DNA of 64,000 nucleotides from a virus (IMGVR_UViG_3300032303_000488:1-64000); one strand, 5' to 3'; positions 8,061 through 17,273 are shown, counted from the first letter of the stretch. Numbers and translations: made by a program. Notes: generated by a model not told the origin, from the sequence alone.

Positions 8061-9074
8061 ATGAAAAAAGTATTAATTACTGGTGCTGGCGGATTTTGTG
8101 GGCATCATTTTATTGACCATTTTTTGGTTAACACCGATTGGGAAATTATTGGTATAGACAGTTGGAAACATAAAGGTGTTCCAGAACGTATTTTAGATAG
8201 CGTTCATTATCAAAACAACAAAGACCGTGTTACTATTGTAACTCACGACCTTACAGCACCACTGTCCGAAGTGCTACTTGAAAGACTAGAGGGGATTGAC
8301 TATGTTGTAAACTTAGCCAGCATGTCCCACGTTGACACATCAATTGATAATCCAGTATCATTCATTCAAAACAACGTTAGTCTAGTTTTAAATATGTTAG
8401 AACTTTCTAGAAAATTAAAACCTAAAAAGTTTATTCAGTTCTCTACTGACGAAGTATATGGACCAATGCTTGATGGCATTCCACATCCAGAATGGAACCC
8501 AATGATTCCTTCTAACCCCTACTCTGCTTCTAAAGCAGCACAAGAAGACATTGCAATCTCCTACTGGAGAACTTATGGCGTTCCACTAATCATTACTAAT
8601 ACAATGAACATCATTGGTGAGAGACAAGATGGGGAAAAATATTTGCCTAAGATTGTAAAGAATATTTTAGACAATGAAAGTTTAACTATTCATGCTCAGA
8701 ATAACACTCCTGGTAGTAGATTTTATCTTCACGCTAGAAATGCTGCAGATGCTATTATGTTTATTTTAAATAATGTTGAGCCTATTCAATATCCTCATTC
8801 CAATTTGCCAGAAAGACTAAACGTTGTTGGTAGAACAGAACTAAACAACCTAGACTTAGCAAAAATGGTTGCTAAAATTCTTGATAAAGAACTTAAATAT
8901 GAATTTATTGACGTTCATTCCGTAAGACCTGGGCATGACCTACGTTATGGTTTAGATGGTGCCAAACTAGAATCTCTTGGATACAGTTACCCTGTTGCTT
9001 TTGATGATAGTTTAAAGGCAACTGTTGAATGGATGGTTAAACCAGAGAATAGAAAATTTATTGAAAAGTTATGA
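8061..9074 (+). CDS. rmlB: NAD-dependent epimerase/dehydratase (dTDP-glucose 4,6-dehydratase-like)
   Basis: GAGGFCG, ASMSHVD, STDEVYG, YSASK, RPGHDLRY motifs. Confidence 0.85.
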   Translation: MKKVLITGAGGFCGHHFIDHFLVNTDWEIIGIDSWKHKGVPERILDSVHYQNNKDRVTIVTHDLTAPLSEVLLERLEGIDYVVNLASMSHVDTSIDNPVSFIQNNVSLVLNMLELSRKLKPKKFIQFSTDEVYGPMLDGIPHPEWNPMIPSNPYSASKAAQEDIAISYWRTYGVPLIITNTMNIIGERQDGEKYLPKIVKNILDNESLTIHAQNNTPGSRFYLHARNAADAIMFILNNVEPIQYPHSNLPERLNVVGRTELNNLDLAKMVAKILDKELKYEFIDVHSVRPGHDLRYGLDGAKLESLGYSYPVAFDDSLKATVEWMVKPENRKFIEKL

Positions 9075-9949
9075 CAACACATATTATAGGTGCTGGCATT
9101 GTTGGTCTAACAATTGCAAATTTAATAGATGATGATTGCATTATTTATGAACGAGAAGAAATTGGTGGGGCTTGCGTTGATAATGAAAACTATCAAAAGT
9201 TTGTGCACGTTATGCATACCGATTACGAAGATGTCTGGGAGTTTGTAAACAAATATACAGATGTAAAGCCACATGAGACACTTCTGAAATCATATGTTCG
9301 TGGAGAGTTGTTGCCATGGTATCCACCAGTAATGGATGAGCAAGTGTTTGAAGACCAGGTTCGTGGCTATTCTAAAAAGCAATGGCTATCTGACCCACCA
9401 CCAGAAGCGTTGGCTAGGATTAAGACAGACCCAGACGGTAAAGTATTCCATGATAAATATGAAGGTGTTCCAAACTATACTAAACTATTTAAGAATCTTT
9501 CCGAAGGCAAAACAATCATTGATAAAAGCATTAAGCATGGTGACTTACCAGAAGGGGATAAGATTATCCTAACTGGTGCTGTTGACGAGTACTTTGGATA
9601 TTGTTATGGAGAATTACCATATCGTGGTATGCGTTCTATTCACTTCCCATCCGAAGTAAGACTAGAGGCAGACTTCTATACCTTTAGTGATGAGAAGATT
9701 CCATTCCAAAGAATAATTGATTACGATAGACTTGGATATAAAGGTGGATGGATTGGCATAGAGATTGCTTGTGATGACAAACACTATCCAGTAAGAACAG
9801 AAGAGTCAGAAAAACTATATAACAAGTATGTTGAACTTGCTAAACAACATAACATTGGTCTTGTAGGAAGATTGGCTACATACAAATACATTGACTCAGA
9901 TGACGCTATCAAGCAAGCGTTTGATTTTGTAAAGGATAACTATGCCTAA
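9071..9949 (+). CDS. glf: UDP-galactopyranose mutase-like flavoprotein
   Basis: GAGIVG FAD motif, TGAVDEYFGYCYGELPYR, YP, GRLATYKY motifs; shorter than canonical enzymes. Confidence 0.8.
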   Translation: MTTHIIGAGIVGLTIANLIDDDCIIYEREEIGGACVDNENYQKFVHVMHTDYEDVWEFVNKYTDVKPHETLLKSYVRGELLPWYPPVMDEQVFEDQVRGYSKKQWLSDPPPEALARIKTDPDGKVFHDKYEGVPNYTKLFKNLSEGKTIIDKSIKHGDLPEGDKIILTGAVDEYFGYCYGELPYRGMRSIHFPSEVRLEADFYTFSDEKIPFQRIIDYDRLGYKGGWIGIEIACDDKHYPVRTEESEKLYNKYVELAKQHNIGLVGRLATYKYIDSDDAIKQAFDFVKDNYA

Positions 9950-10661
9950 GTCAGCAGTGTTTACTGTACAACATGATGAAGACTTCTACTTACCTATGTG
10001 GTTAAAGTATTACGAAGAGCACTTTGATACCCAGGATATTTATGTAGTCTCTCATAACTGTACTGATTTAACTAAAGATATATTAGATGCTGCAGAAAAA
10101 AGAGGAGTGAATGTTAAAAGAGTAAACACTGATGAAATATTTAATCATGCTTGGCTCACTGACCTAGTGCACTCATATCAAAGAAAACTATTAGATAGTT
10201 ATGACTATGTTCTTTTTGTTGACTGCGATGAGATTGTTGCTCCAGCCAACCAGTCTTTGAAAGATTTTATAAAAAATGCATCTGAAGTTGCCTATCGTTG
10301 TTCTGGATATGAAGTTATTCTTGACGGTATGGCTAGGAGTTATTCATATGACAAAACTCTGCTTACCAGCATTCCTTTAAATTATGTTTATGGATACCAT
10401 ACCGCTACCCCAGAATTTATTGCTAAAGATGAACTACATCTATATCATTTGCACAGACTGGATTATGAAAAGTCCTGGCAAAGAAATCTAAGACTTGCTC
10501 AAGAGAAGTGGGATAGAAAAGCAATCGCTGGTGGATTTAGTATTCAAAATCAACTAACAACAAAACAAGAGTTTGACAACTTTTTTTATGCAAACCAATC
10601 TGATGCCAAGCAATACACAGAAACATTGTTACAAATCCTAAACAAAATATACAAAGATTAG
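9942..10661 (+). CDS. GT-A glycosyltransferase (family 2/92-like)
   Basis: WLKYY..F..IYV..HNCTD and FVDCDE motifs. Confidence 0.75.
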   Translation: MPKSAVFTVQHDEDFYLPMWLKYYEEHFDTQDIYVVSHNCTDLTKDILDAAEKRGVNVKRVNTDEIFNHAWLTDLVHSYQRKLLDSYDYVLFVDCDEIVAPANQSLKDFIKNASEVAYRCSGYEVILDGMARSYSYDKTLLTSIPLNYVYGYHTATPEFIAKDELHLYHLHRLDYEKSWQRNLRLAQEKWDRKAIAGGFSIQNQLTTKQEFDNFFYANQSDAKQYTETLLQILNKIYKD

Positions 10662-10668
10662 GTCTTGG

Positions 10669-11352
10669 CTAATCATCTTTGGTTTTCTGCTTAACTAAAG
10701 ACAGCATTCGTTCTGGCGTTGATGCAGAATAATATAACCAGTAAAGTTCAATATTTCTAGTCTGATTGTAGTTGAATCCAGGGTCGTGTATCTGTGCTTC
10801 GTGTCCAAGACAATAGATGTATCCATCATGTTTAACTAACTTACTACCCTTAATGATTGTGTGTGCTAGTTCAAATGCCGCATCCTCTGGTCCCCATTGA
10901 AAAAATTTTTCATCCTGCCCACCAACACTCCACCAAGTTTCTGGTGTACAAACATAAATTCCACCATTTGATTCTGTGTATAATGTATGTTTAAGTAGTT
11001 TAATATCAGCACCATCAGAAAATTTTTGTGTCATCTCTTTGTCAAAGTATTTACATTTTCTATAAGGATTATGTACCATGTCATCTTTTTGACACTGCTG
11101 TATTGCTTCTAACAAAGGTTCAATTTCGGGTAGTGTATCTGCATCATTAATTATAATAACGTCACAGTGAGCCTCCTGTGCCCTTTTTACACCATCATTA
11201 CGACTGGCTGCAACATTCCAAAACTCTCCTGGTCTGTCGCTATAGAATATCTCAATGTCTGGTAGATTAGTTTTATACCAAAAAAGAACAGCCTCCAAAG
11301 GTTTTATCCTAGTAGGCTGCTCTCTCCATGGTATAACTAATCCTAGTTTCAT
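10669..11352 (-). CDS. Glycosyltransferase (GT2 with galactosyltransferase-like C-terminus)
   Basis: LVIPWR, RNDG, NDAD, GGQDEKFFQWGPED motifs. Confidence 0.8.
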   Translation of the reverse strand: MKLGLVIPWREQPTRIKPLEAVLFWYKTNLPDIEIFYSDRPGEFWNVAASRNDGVKRAQEAHCDVIIINDADTLPEIEPLLEAIQQCQKDDMVHNPYRKCKYFDKEMTQKFSDGADIKLLKHTLYTESNGGIYVCTPETWWSVGGQDEKFFQWGPEDAAFELAHTIIKGSKLVKHDGYIYCLGHEAQIHDPGFNYNQTRNIELYWLYYSASTPERMLSLVKQKTKDD

Positions 11353-11672
11353 TCCTCTTCATCACCAAGGATTGCCAACACGTTACCGCTAAATACTGAT
11401 ATGTAGTCATCTCCATCATGCTTAAACCTAATAGCGTTATTAGGATTGAACATAATCTTGTCTCCTACTTTTACGTCCATCTCTACACGAACGCCACTTC
11501 TTAATTGTCTACCTTCGCCTACTGCAAAAACAACACCAATATTCTTTGGCTTATCTGTTTCACTTTGGATAATCAATAGACCGCTGGCACTCTTCTCTGG
11601 CTCAGTACTTTTCTTTTCTACCCTGATGATGATAACATCTTCTGGTGCTTTAATCACGGTCCCACTCACCAT
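11349..11672 (-). CDS. groES: GroES-like co-chaperonin
   Basis: SASGLLI mobile loop, GVVFAVGEG, VKVGDKIMF. Confidence 0.9.
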   Translation of the reverse strand: MVSGTVIKAPEDVIIIRVEKKSTEPEKSASGLLIIQSETDKPKNIGVVFAVGEGRQLRSGVRVEMDVKVGDKIMFNPNNAIRFKHDGDDYISVFSGNVLAILGDEEE

Positions 11673-11934
11673 CTAAAACGAGTAATGCGATAATTGCGTA
11701 GTTTGCCATATCAATAAAAGAATCCCGAAGACTTTCATTTTCGGGGGCGACACCAGAATCATAAAGATTATTAATGCGAGCCAACTTGTCGTGTATGCGT
11801 ACCCTGAGTCCATTTATTGCTCCCCCTGGACTACCAGAAATATTCTTCGGTCCATAATCTTTGTGCTTTTTAAGAAGCAGTTTTTCTGCTTCATCGTATG
11901 TAATGCCTACTGCTTTAATAAAATCTGCATTCAT
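11650..11934 (-). CDS. Nucleotide modification associated domain 1 (DUF1599-like) protein
   Basis: KHKDYG...RIHDKLARI...DSFIDMANYAII. Confidence 0.75.
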   Translation of the reverse strand: MNADFIKAVGITYDEAEKLLLKKHKDYGPKNISGSPGGAINGLRVRIHDKLARINNLYDSGVAPENESLRDSFIDMANYAIIALLVLDGEWDRD

Positions 11935-11935
11935 T

Positions 11936-12106
11936 TTAATACTCCTCGTGTTCTACATTGTGTTTACTGTCCACATACTTGTGAATCTTGCGTAGTGTTC
12001 TAGCCTTTGTGAATCCGTATACGATTACTGCAAATACTGCATTCCAAAAGAATTCGGCAATGATATGGTCAACGCCAAATACTACATCTAATATACTGTG
12101 TTCCAT
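11936..12106 (-). CDS. Small membrane protein (not in ORF track)
   Basis: MEHSILDVVFG...; GAGGAG SD; coupled to neighbours. Confidence 0.65.
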   Translation of the reverse strand: MEHSILDVVFGVDHIIAEFFWNAVFAVIVYGFTKARTLRKIHKYVDSKHNVEHEEY

Positions 12107-12252
12107 TAGTGCTCCTCGCAGTTAATTATTGCTTGATTTTCATTGTTAGGATATTTATCCCAACAGTTTTCTTTAGGTAAGTTTGCTTGTACAATCATTG
12201 TAATAACTGTTGCAACAATAAAAATACCAGATATGATTATTAACCATACCAT
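12106..12252 (-). CDS. Small membrane protein (not in ORF track)
   Basis: MVWLIIISGIF...; one TM segment, TAATG coupling. Confidence 0.55.
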   Translation of the reverse strand: MVWLIIISGIFIVATVITMIVQANLPKENCWDKYPNNENQAIINCEEH

Positions 12253-12259
12253 GCCATCA

Positions 12260-12610
12260 TTACTTATTTGTTGTTTTGTCATTAGTTAACCATTCTACTA
12301 GTTTTGGATTATCTTTAAGTACCGCTAGTAATCCAATTTCATACATAGCAATAAAGTAATGCTCCCATGATTCAAAGTCATCTTCTTTAGTTGGTCTAGA
12401 CATACCATCGTAACTCATACGAACAGCATGTAGGATTTCGTGTAGCAGTGTAACCTGTTGCTTACCATTACCCAAGCCAGATGCAATTACAATAAGGTTC
12501 TTGCCATCCATGGTATAACCATAGGCACCATCATTGAGCATACCATCTTCTCTAGAATCACGTTCAACAACGTCAAACTTTTGTGGACCAATTTTAACTG
12601 ACTTAATCAT
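12260..12610 (-). CDS. Zincin-like metallopeptidase
   Basis: TLLHEILHA (HExxH). Confidence 0.7.
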   Translation of the reverse strand: MIKSVKIGPQKFDVVERDSREDGMLNDGAYGYTMDGKNLIVIASGLGNGKQQVTLLHEILHAVRMSYDGMSRPTKEDDFESWEHYFIAMYEIGLLAVLKDNPKLVEWLTNDKTTNK

Positions 12611-12861
12611 TACTTTACTTTCCTAATTAGACTAATGGATGCATTAAGACCTGCAAGAACTCCTGTGCTGTAATGCTGTTTATTTTTATTGATATCTTTT
12701 TGAAGAGCAGCAATAATTACTTTACGTTGTTCTGCAATTGCTTTCTTCCTGCCAGTTTCAAAGCCTTCACCCCAGCCCTTGTTATAGCCATCTTCATAGC
12801 CCTTGTCGTATTTACGTTTAAATGTGCGTTGTAGGCGTGTAGCCCAATCTGGTTTACTCAT
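12610..12861 (-). CDS. Hypothetical protein with GxxxG repeat
   Basis: KGYEDGYNKGWGEGFETG. Confidence 0.7.
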   Translation of the reverse strand: MSKPDWATRLQRTFKRKYDKGYEDGYNKGWGEGFETGRKKAIAEQRKVIIAALQKDINKNKQHYSTGVLAGLNASISLIRKVK

Positions 12862-12867
12862 ATATAT

Positions 12868-12896
12868 ATTTTACCGTATATGGCGGTATTTGTCAA
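12868..12896 (-). promoter_or_regulatory. Promoter for a leaderless transcript
   Basis: TTGACA-17 bp-TAAAAT, 6 nt before the ATG at 12861. Confidence 0.7.
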
Positions 12897-13141
12897 GCAA
12901 ATAGTGAAGAAAGTCTGGCTTCTGTTGCTGTTCCCTTATGGAAAATTTCTTTGCCATCCACCTTGCCAATAAAAGCAGGAACTCCCCGAATCCCTTGTTC
13001 CTGGAAAACGCTTACATCTTCGTCAGCATCATACTTAATATAAACAATGTCAGGATTATCTTTAAGAAACTTATCTAACACTGGTTGCATCTGTTTGCAT
13101 GGGTGACACCATGTAGCACTAAAATGAATTAATTCTTTCAT
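12893..13141 (-). CDS. Thioredoxin
   Basis: FSATWCHPCK active site, GIRGVP. Confidence 0.9.
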   Translation of the reverse strand: MKELIHFSATWCHPCKQMQPVLDKFLKDNPDIVYIKYDADEDVSVFQEQGIRGVPAFIGKVDGKEIFHKGTATEARLSSLFA

Positions 13142-13144
13142 TGT

Positions 13145-14398
13145 TTATCCTCTAAGAGATTTAAGTTTATGTCCAACAAGTGTGTCTGTTGGCTTACCGT
13201 CTTTGTATACCCTGACAACTGCGGCTGGGTCTTCTGGTGTTCCTGTTACTGTAAAGTCTGAGTTAGGAACATTGTATTTACCATTTCTAATAATTCTAAC
13301 AATCTTTCCTGTTGCTGTACCGCCAGAAGAATTCCAAGAAACCATGCTACCAACGCTACCACCCTTAGATACAGAAATTTCATCTCTAGAATAATCTTTA
13401 CCAAAATCAGCAAACAAAGCCTTATCTGCTTCTCTATTTGCAATGCCACGACTCCAAGAGAATCCAGCGTCACCGCCCCAAGCGTCCCACATAATTCTAC
13501 CGTTGCTTGGGTTACTTGTGTTGTTAAAGTCTTTGCCTTTTTTGTCTACCTCGTGTCTGGAGAAAAAAGAGTACATTCGTTTGACCACGCTAAGAGACAT
13601 TGAGCGTCCTGCTACGATATCTCTTGCTCTACCCCATCCTACAGGGGTTCCTGCACCAGTGGCTTTACCTTCTTCTTTCCAACGGATAGCACGAGCAGCA
13701 GCAGACTTCATTCCAGCAGTTGGAGAATATCCATCAGCCTTGTACATTTCTTCCATGTCCATTTCTGGCATACCGTCCTGTGGCTCCTGAACCTCTACGT
13801 CAAGTTCTGGAATTTTGTGTGCATCAGACATGAGCATTCCAATTGAATATGCTGTTGGACACCAATTTTCTTCGTCTTCTTCATACTCATAAATTCTAAC
13901 AGCCATTGCTGGATTTTCTGGTGTAGATTGAATAGCATATTCCGTACCTGGAACACCATACACTCCACCCTCAGTCATAACATGCTCAACAAGACCAACA
14001 ACAGCACCTTCTGTTGTCAACCCCATCACATAGTCACCCTCAACAATTCTTTCTGCCTTGTACATAGCACTAATAGATGTTCCACCACTAGAGAATGCAC
14101 CAGAAGCGTCTGAACCATTTCCTGGTTGATTCTTTGGTTTACGAATCTTAACTTTCTTTCCACCACGCATAGATGTTGGTGTCTTTACTCCAACATTTGG
14201 GTATGTTGGGTTTAAAGTAGACGATGGATTAACACTGTTAGGACCATCAGCCTTATCTGCTTCAGCAGCGTATAGAGCACGAACCTGTGCTGTTGCATCT
14301 GCTTCTGTCTTGTGGCAACCCATTACTTCGCCACCTTCTTTTACTACTGGATATCCCGAACATCCATTTGAATTTTGTGCTCCTACTGAATAAGGCAT
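13145..14398 (-). CDS. Multidomain protein with two HVA1/Tudor-like domains; probable head-associated protein
   Basis: Two related segments (...VMTEGGVYGVPGTEYAIQSTPENPAMAVRIY; ...IIRNGKYNVPNSDFTVTGTPEDPAAVVRVY) flank a GTPVGWGRA...AWGG domain. Confidence 0.55.
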   Translation of the reverse strand: MPYSVGAQNSNGCSGYPVVKEGGEVMGCHKTEADATAQVRALYAAEADKADGPNSVNPSSTLNPTYPNVGVKTPTSMRGGKKVKIRKPKNQPGNGSDASGAFSSGGTSISAMYKAERIVEGDYVMGLTTEGAVVGLVEHVMTEGGVYGVPGTEYAIQSTPENPAMAVRIYEYEEDEENWCPTAYSIGMLMSDAHKIPELDVEVQEPQDGMPEMDMEEMYKADGYSPTAGMKSAAARAIRWKEEGKATGAGTPVGWGRARDIVAGRSMSLSVVKRMYSFFSRHEVDKKGKDFNNTSNPSNGRIMWDAWGGDAGFSWSRGIANREADKALFADFGKDYSRDEISVSKGGSVGSMVSWNSSGGTATGKIVRIIRNGKYNVPNSDFTVTGTPEDPAAVVRVYKDGKPTDTLVGHKLKSLRG

Positions 14399-14853
14399 TA
14401 GTTTTTCATCTCCATTTCCATTTCGTGACTTACACGAATTTGCCAGCAGAATTTCTGCGAGGCTGTCTGACGGTCAGCAAGAAAATTTGCTAATCCGTAT
14501 TGTTTTGCTTTGTTAGCAAGTTCACTTGCCATAATCAAGGCTTCTATATGTGCCTCAATTGAAATATACAGGTCATGTAGCATAGCCTGTGGTTCGCCAA
14601 CAATTACTGGTTCTGGAACTGTTGACATGTCAAAAAAATCTGTTAATCTATATGGGGCATATTGTTTAAATATGCGAAGCCATTCTGCATATGTATCTGT
14701 TGCAGTATCGTAATCCTCATAGATTTTCTGAAAAAATTTGTGGTACTGTGAAAAATCATGTCCTTCTACATTCCAATGATATCCGTGTGCCTTAAATTTA
14801 AGGGCAATATTGTCTGCCAGTAGGGTTCTTAGTTGTGTTAGTAAATTTTCCAT
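14398..14853 (-). CDS. dps: Dps/ferritin-like protein
   Basis: AHGYHWNVEG..F...H..F...Y, D..AE ferroxidase motifs. Confidence 0.9.
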   Translation of the reverse strand: MENLLTQLRTLLADNIALKFKAHGYHWNVEGHDFSQYHKFFQKIYEDYDTATDTYAEWLRIFKQYAPYRLTDFFDMSTVPEPVIVGEPQAMLHDLYISIEAHIEALIMASELANKAKQYGLANFLADRQTASQKFCWQIRVSHEMEMEMKN

Positions 14854-14912
14854 TGTCTTATTATACCATATCTATTAGTGGGCAGTTTACCGTCATACCC
14901 AGGACTTCCGAC

Positions 14913-15317
14913 TTACTTAATAGTAATAGTCTTAGGCTTCTTTTCCTCTGGAACATTGATAACTAAATCAATAGTCAGAATACCATGCTTCAATTCAGCC
15001 TTAGCGACCTCAGCATATTCTGGTAGAGTGAAAGAACGAGTGAACTTACGACCAGCAATACCCTTGTAAACATAGCGGATATCCTCTGGTAGTTCTTTGT
15101 CTTCTTTTGTTTCACCAGCAACAGTCAAAACGTTCTTATCTGTTGTGATTGTAACGTCATCCTTTTCAAATCCTGCTAGAGCGAATTCAAGATACCATTC
15201 GTTCTTTTCCTTTGAGTGGATTACATTGTAAGGTGGGTATGTAGCCCTTGTTGGTTGTGCAAACATCTTATCAAATTCCTGACTAAGTGCTGCGAATGGG
15301 TCTGTATAGATTACCAT
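14913..15317 (-). CDS. Small heat-shock protein (Hsp20)
   Basis: YPPYNV, ALAGF, GIAGRKFTRSFTL, AELKHGILTI. Confidence 0.95.
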   Translation of the reverse strand: MVIYTDPFAALSQEFDKMFAQPTRATYPPYNVIHSKEKNEWYLEFALAGFEKDDVTITTDKNVLTVAGETKEDKELPEDIRYVYKGIAGRKFTRSFTLPEYAEVAKAELKHGILTIDLVINVPEEKKPKTITIK

Positions 15318-15384
15318 TTATATCATCTCCTTTTAAGCGAGTTATTTTTGTACCCCCAATTGGCAGGTACACATTTATTATAGC

Positions 15385-15413
15385 AAAAAAGGACAAGTCT
15401 TGCAACCTGTCCC
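15385..15413 (-). terminator. Intrinsic terminator
   Basis: GGACA...TGTCC stem followed by a T-run on the minus strand. Confidence 0.55.
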
Positions 15414-15429
15414 TTAATGCTTGTTAAGA

Positions 15430-15714
15430 TTACTTCTTTGTAACGGTCTTCTTAACTGTTACAGTCTTTTTAACTGGTGCCTTTGTTACCTTGACATCCT
15501 TTAGAGCCTCTGCAACAACTTCAGCAGATGGAACAATGCCAAATGCTTTGTCCTTTGGATTTACTGCTCTTGTTGCAACTGGTAGCAATGCAGCAACCAA
15601 AGACCATAGAAGAGTCTGTGGGTCTGTAATGCCAGCCAAGTATAGTGCTGCTACTGCGGATAGGATGCTACGCAAATATGATGCGAGCAGAGCCTTTAGT
15701 TGAGTTGTACTCAT
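15430..15714 (-). CDS. Holin-like two-TM membrane protein
   Basis: SYLRS...two TM helices...NPKDKAFG with basic tail. Confidence 0.5.
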   Translation of the reverse strand: MSTTQLKALLASYLRSILSAVAALYLAGITDPQTLLWSLVAALLPVATRAVNPKDKAFGIVPSAEVVAEALKDVKVTKAPVKKTVTVKKTVTKK

Positions 15715-15737
15715 TTTTGTTTCTCCTTGTTTAGTGC

Positions 15738-16172
15738 CTAGTTATTAGGCGTTTCGGTATTCTTTGGCAACACTGATTTTAGTTTATCGTATGCCTCAGA
15801 AATTTTTGTTATTGTTTCTGTATGAACTGTGTCACCAGCAGTTTTTCCATAGGTGTTAGCCCAGTTCAGCCTAGGTGCAATTTCTTCATCAAATTCTTTA
15901 AGAACCTTCTGAACTTCTTCAATGTATTCAAAAGCCCAGTCACGAGATTGTGAAATAAATTTAACAAAACCATCTGATTCAGATAGTTTTAATGTTGATA
16001 ATTCATTAGATATTTCTTCTATTTTCTGACCAAGAAAATGTTTATCCATTTCAGCCTGAATGTAGAGAGCAAGAATTTTTCTTTTTTGAAAGTTTGACTT
16101 TACCAATAGGTATAACAAAACAAGTATTGATATACCAATCAAAGAAAATATTATCAGACTAAAAATATCCAT
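15738..16172 (-). CDS. N-terminally anchored membrane protein
   Basis: N-terminal TM segment followed by helical region. Confidence 0.7.
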   Translation of the reverse strand: MDIFSLIIFSLIGISILVLLYLLVKSNFQKRKILALYIQAEMDKHFLGQKIEEISNELSTLKLSESDGFVKFISQSRDWAFEYIEEVQKVLKEFDEEIAPRLNWANTYGKTAGDTVHTETITKISEAYDKLKSVLPKNTETPNN

Positions 16173-16173
16173 C

Positions 16174-16407
16174 TTATTCTTCTATTGCTTCTCGTAAAAT
16201 CATAACTACTGCTCCGTGGTCTTCTAAAGTTTTCTTAACATTATTAATATATTCTACCACTGTTGGCTTATCTTTGTCAAGTAAGGTTGTTAAATCCCTT
16301 GGGTCAATCTGAATAGTTAGAAAGTTTTCATTTTCCAAAATAACTACACCAAAATTGTTTGGTGGCGTTATTGCTTTAAATGCAGTTGCCATTTCTGATG
16401 TGTACAT
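16174..16407 (-). CDS. Hypothetical protein
   Basis: ORF in operon. Confidence 0.75.
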   Translation of the reverse strand: MYTSEMATAFKAITPPNNFGVVILENENFLTIQIDPRDLTTLLDKDKPTVVEYINNVKKTLEDHGAVVMILREAIEE

Positions 16408-16698
16408 TTAATACTCCTTATCGTTTGTTAAATATTCCCAGGTATTAGCCCAGTCTTCTTTTGTTTTATGTCTGTTAAACTCTCTAGATATTTTACCTTT
16501 GTCTAAGTAAATGCCGCCCCATACTCCATATGCTTTTTGAGATACCCCAACTGCAAAACATGTACGAGCCATAGGACAAATAGAACATAAAGAATCTATT
16601 TCTTTTCTGACTTCAACATCTTGCTCATAAGTATCAAAGAATAGATTAACATCGTCACCTTTACATAAGGCTTCCTCTTTCCAATTTTCATTCGGCAT
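16408..16698 (-). CDS. whiB: WhiB-family Fe-S transcription factor
   Basis: ALC...CSICPMARTC and YGVWGG motifs. Confidence 0.9.
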   Translation of the reverse strand: MPNENWKEEALCKGDDVNLFFDTYEQDVEVRKEIDSLCSICPMARTCFAVGVSQKAYGVWGGIYLDKGKISREFNRHKTKEDWANTWEYLTNDKEY

Positions 16699-16909
16699 TC
16701 TTCTTTACCAAACTAGCAGGTATGTTCCAGCCATCGGTATTGGCATCAAAACGATTGGCAATATACCATACGTTGTTGATGAATTTGGCATTTGGTTTCA
16801 TCCAAGCCATGTCAGACTTTTTCAGTTCTAAAACTGTCCAGCCATCCCACGATAGAAACTTATTGTTTTCTACAATTGTTTCCATTTTATCTAGTGATTT
16901 AATTAACAT
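16688..16909 (-). CDS. Hypothetical protein
   Basis: Start revised to MLIKSL after GAGG. Confidence 0.7.
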   Translation of the reverse strand: MLIKSLDKMETIVENNKFLSWDGWTVLELKKSDMAWMKPNAKFINNVWYIANRFDANTDGWNIPASLVKKNAE

Positions 16910-16922
16910 AATCACCTCTCTA

Positions 16923-17273
16923 TTAGTAACGGTATACTCCAACCGTAACATCTTTTGCTTCTGCTAGTTCTACCAAGTCAGACACTGGCTCTTTTGGTTT
17001 ACTAAAATAAGCAAAATATTCAATGCTATGAATATTATCCTTAATCCAACTTGGTGGAATTTTAATTAGTTTAATCTTAATGCCACGAGCCTTTAGACTA
17101 CGTTCCGAAATATTTACAAACTCCATAGCCATATTATTAATATTCAATGGTCCAGCAGATGAAATAAGTATGTCAGTATCTTCTTCGGGTAGACTAGATA
17201 AAGCCACACCCATTGCTCTTAGGAACACGTTGTAATCATTGAAAGTTTTACTTCCCTGAATTCCCACTATCAT
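16923..17273 (-). CDS. Hypothetical protein (possible SLOG/YspA-like fold)
   Basis: IVGIQGSKTFNDY N-terminus. Confidence 0.55.
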   Translation of the reverse strand: MIVGIQGSKTFNDYNVFLRAMGVALSSLPEEDTDILISSAGPLNINNMAMEFVNISERSLKARGIKIKLIKIPPSWIKDNIHSIEYFAYFSKPKEPVSDLVELAEAKDVTVGVYRY

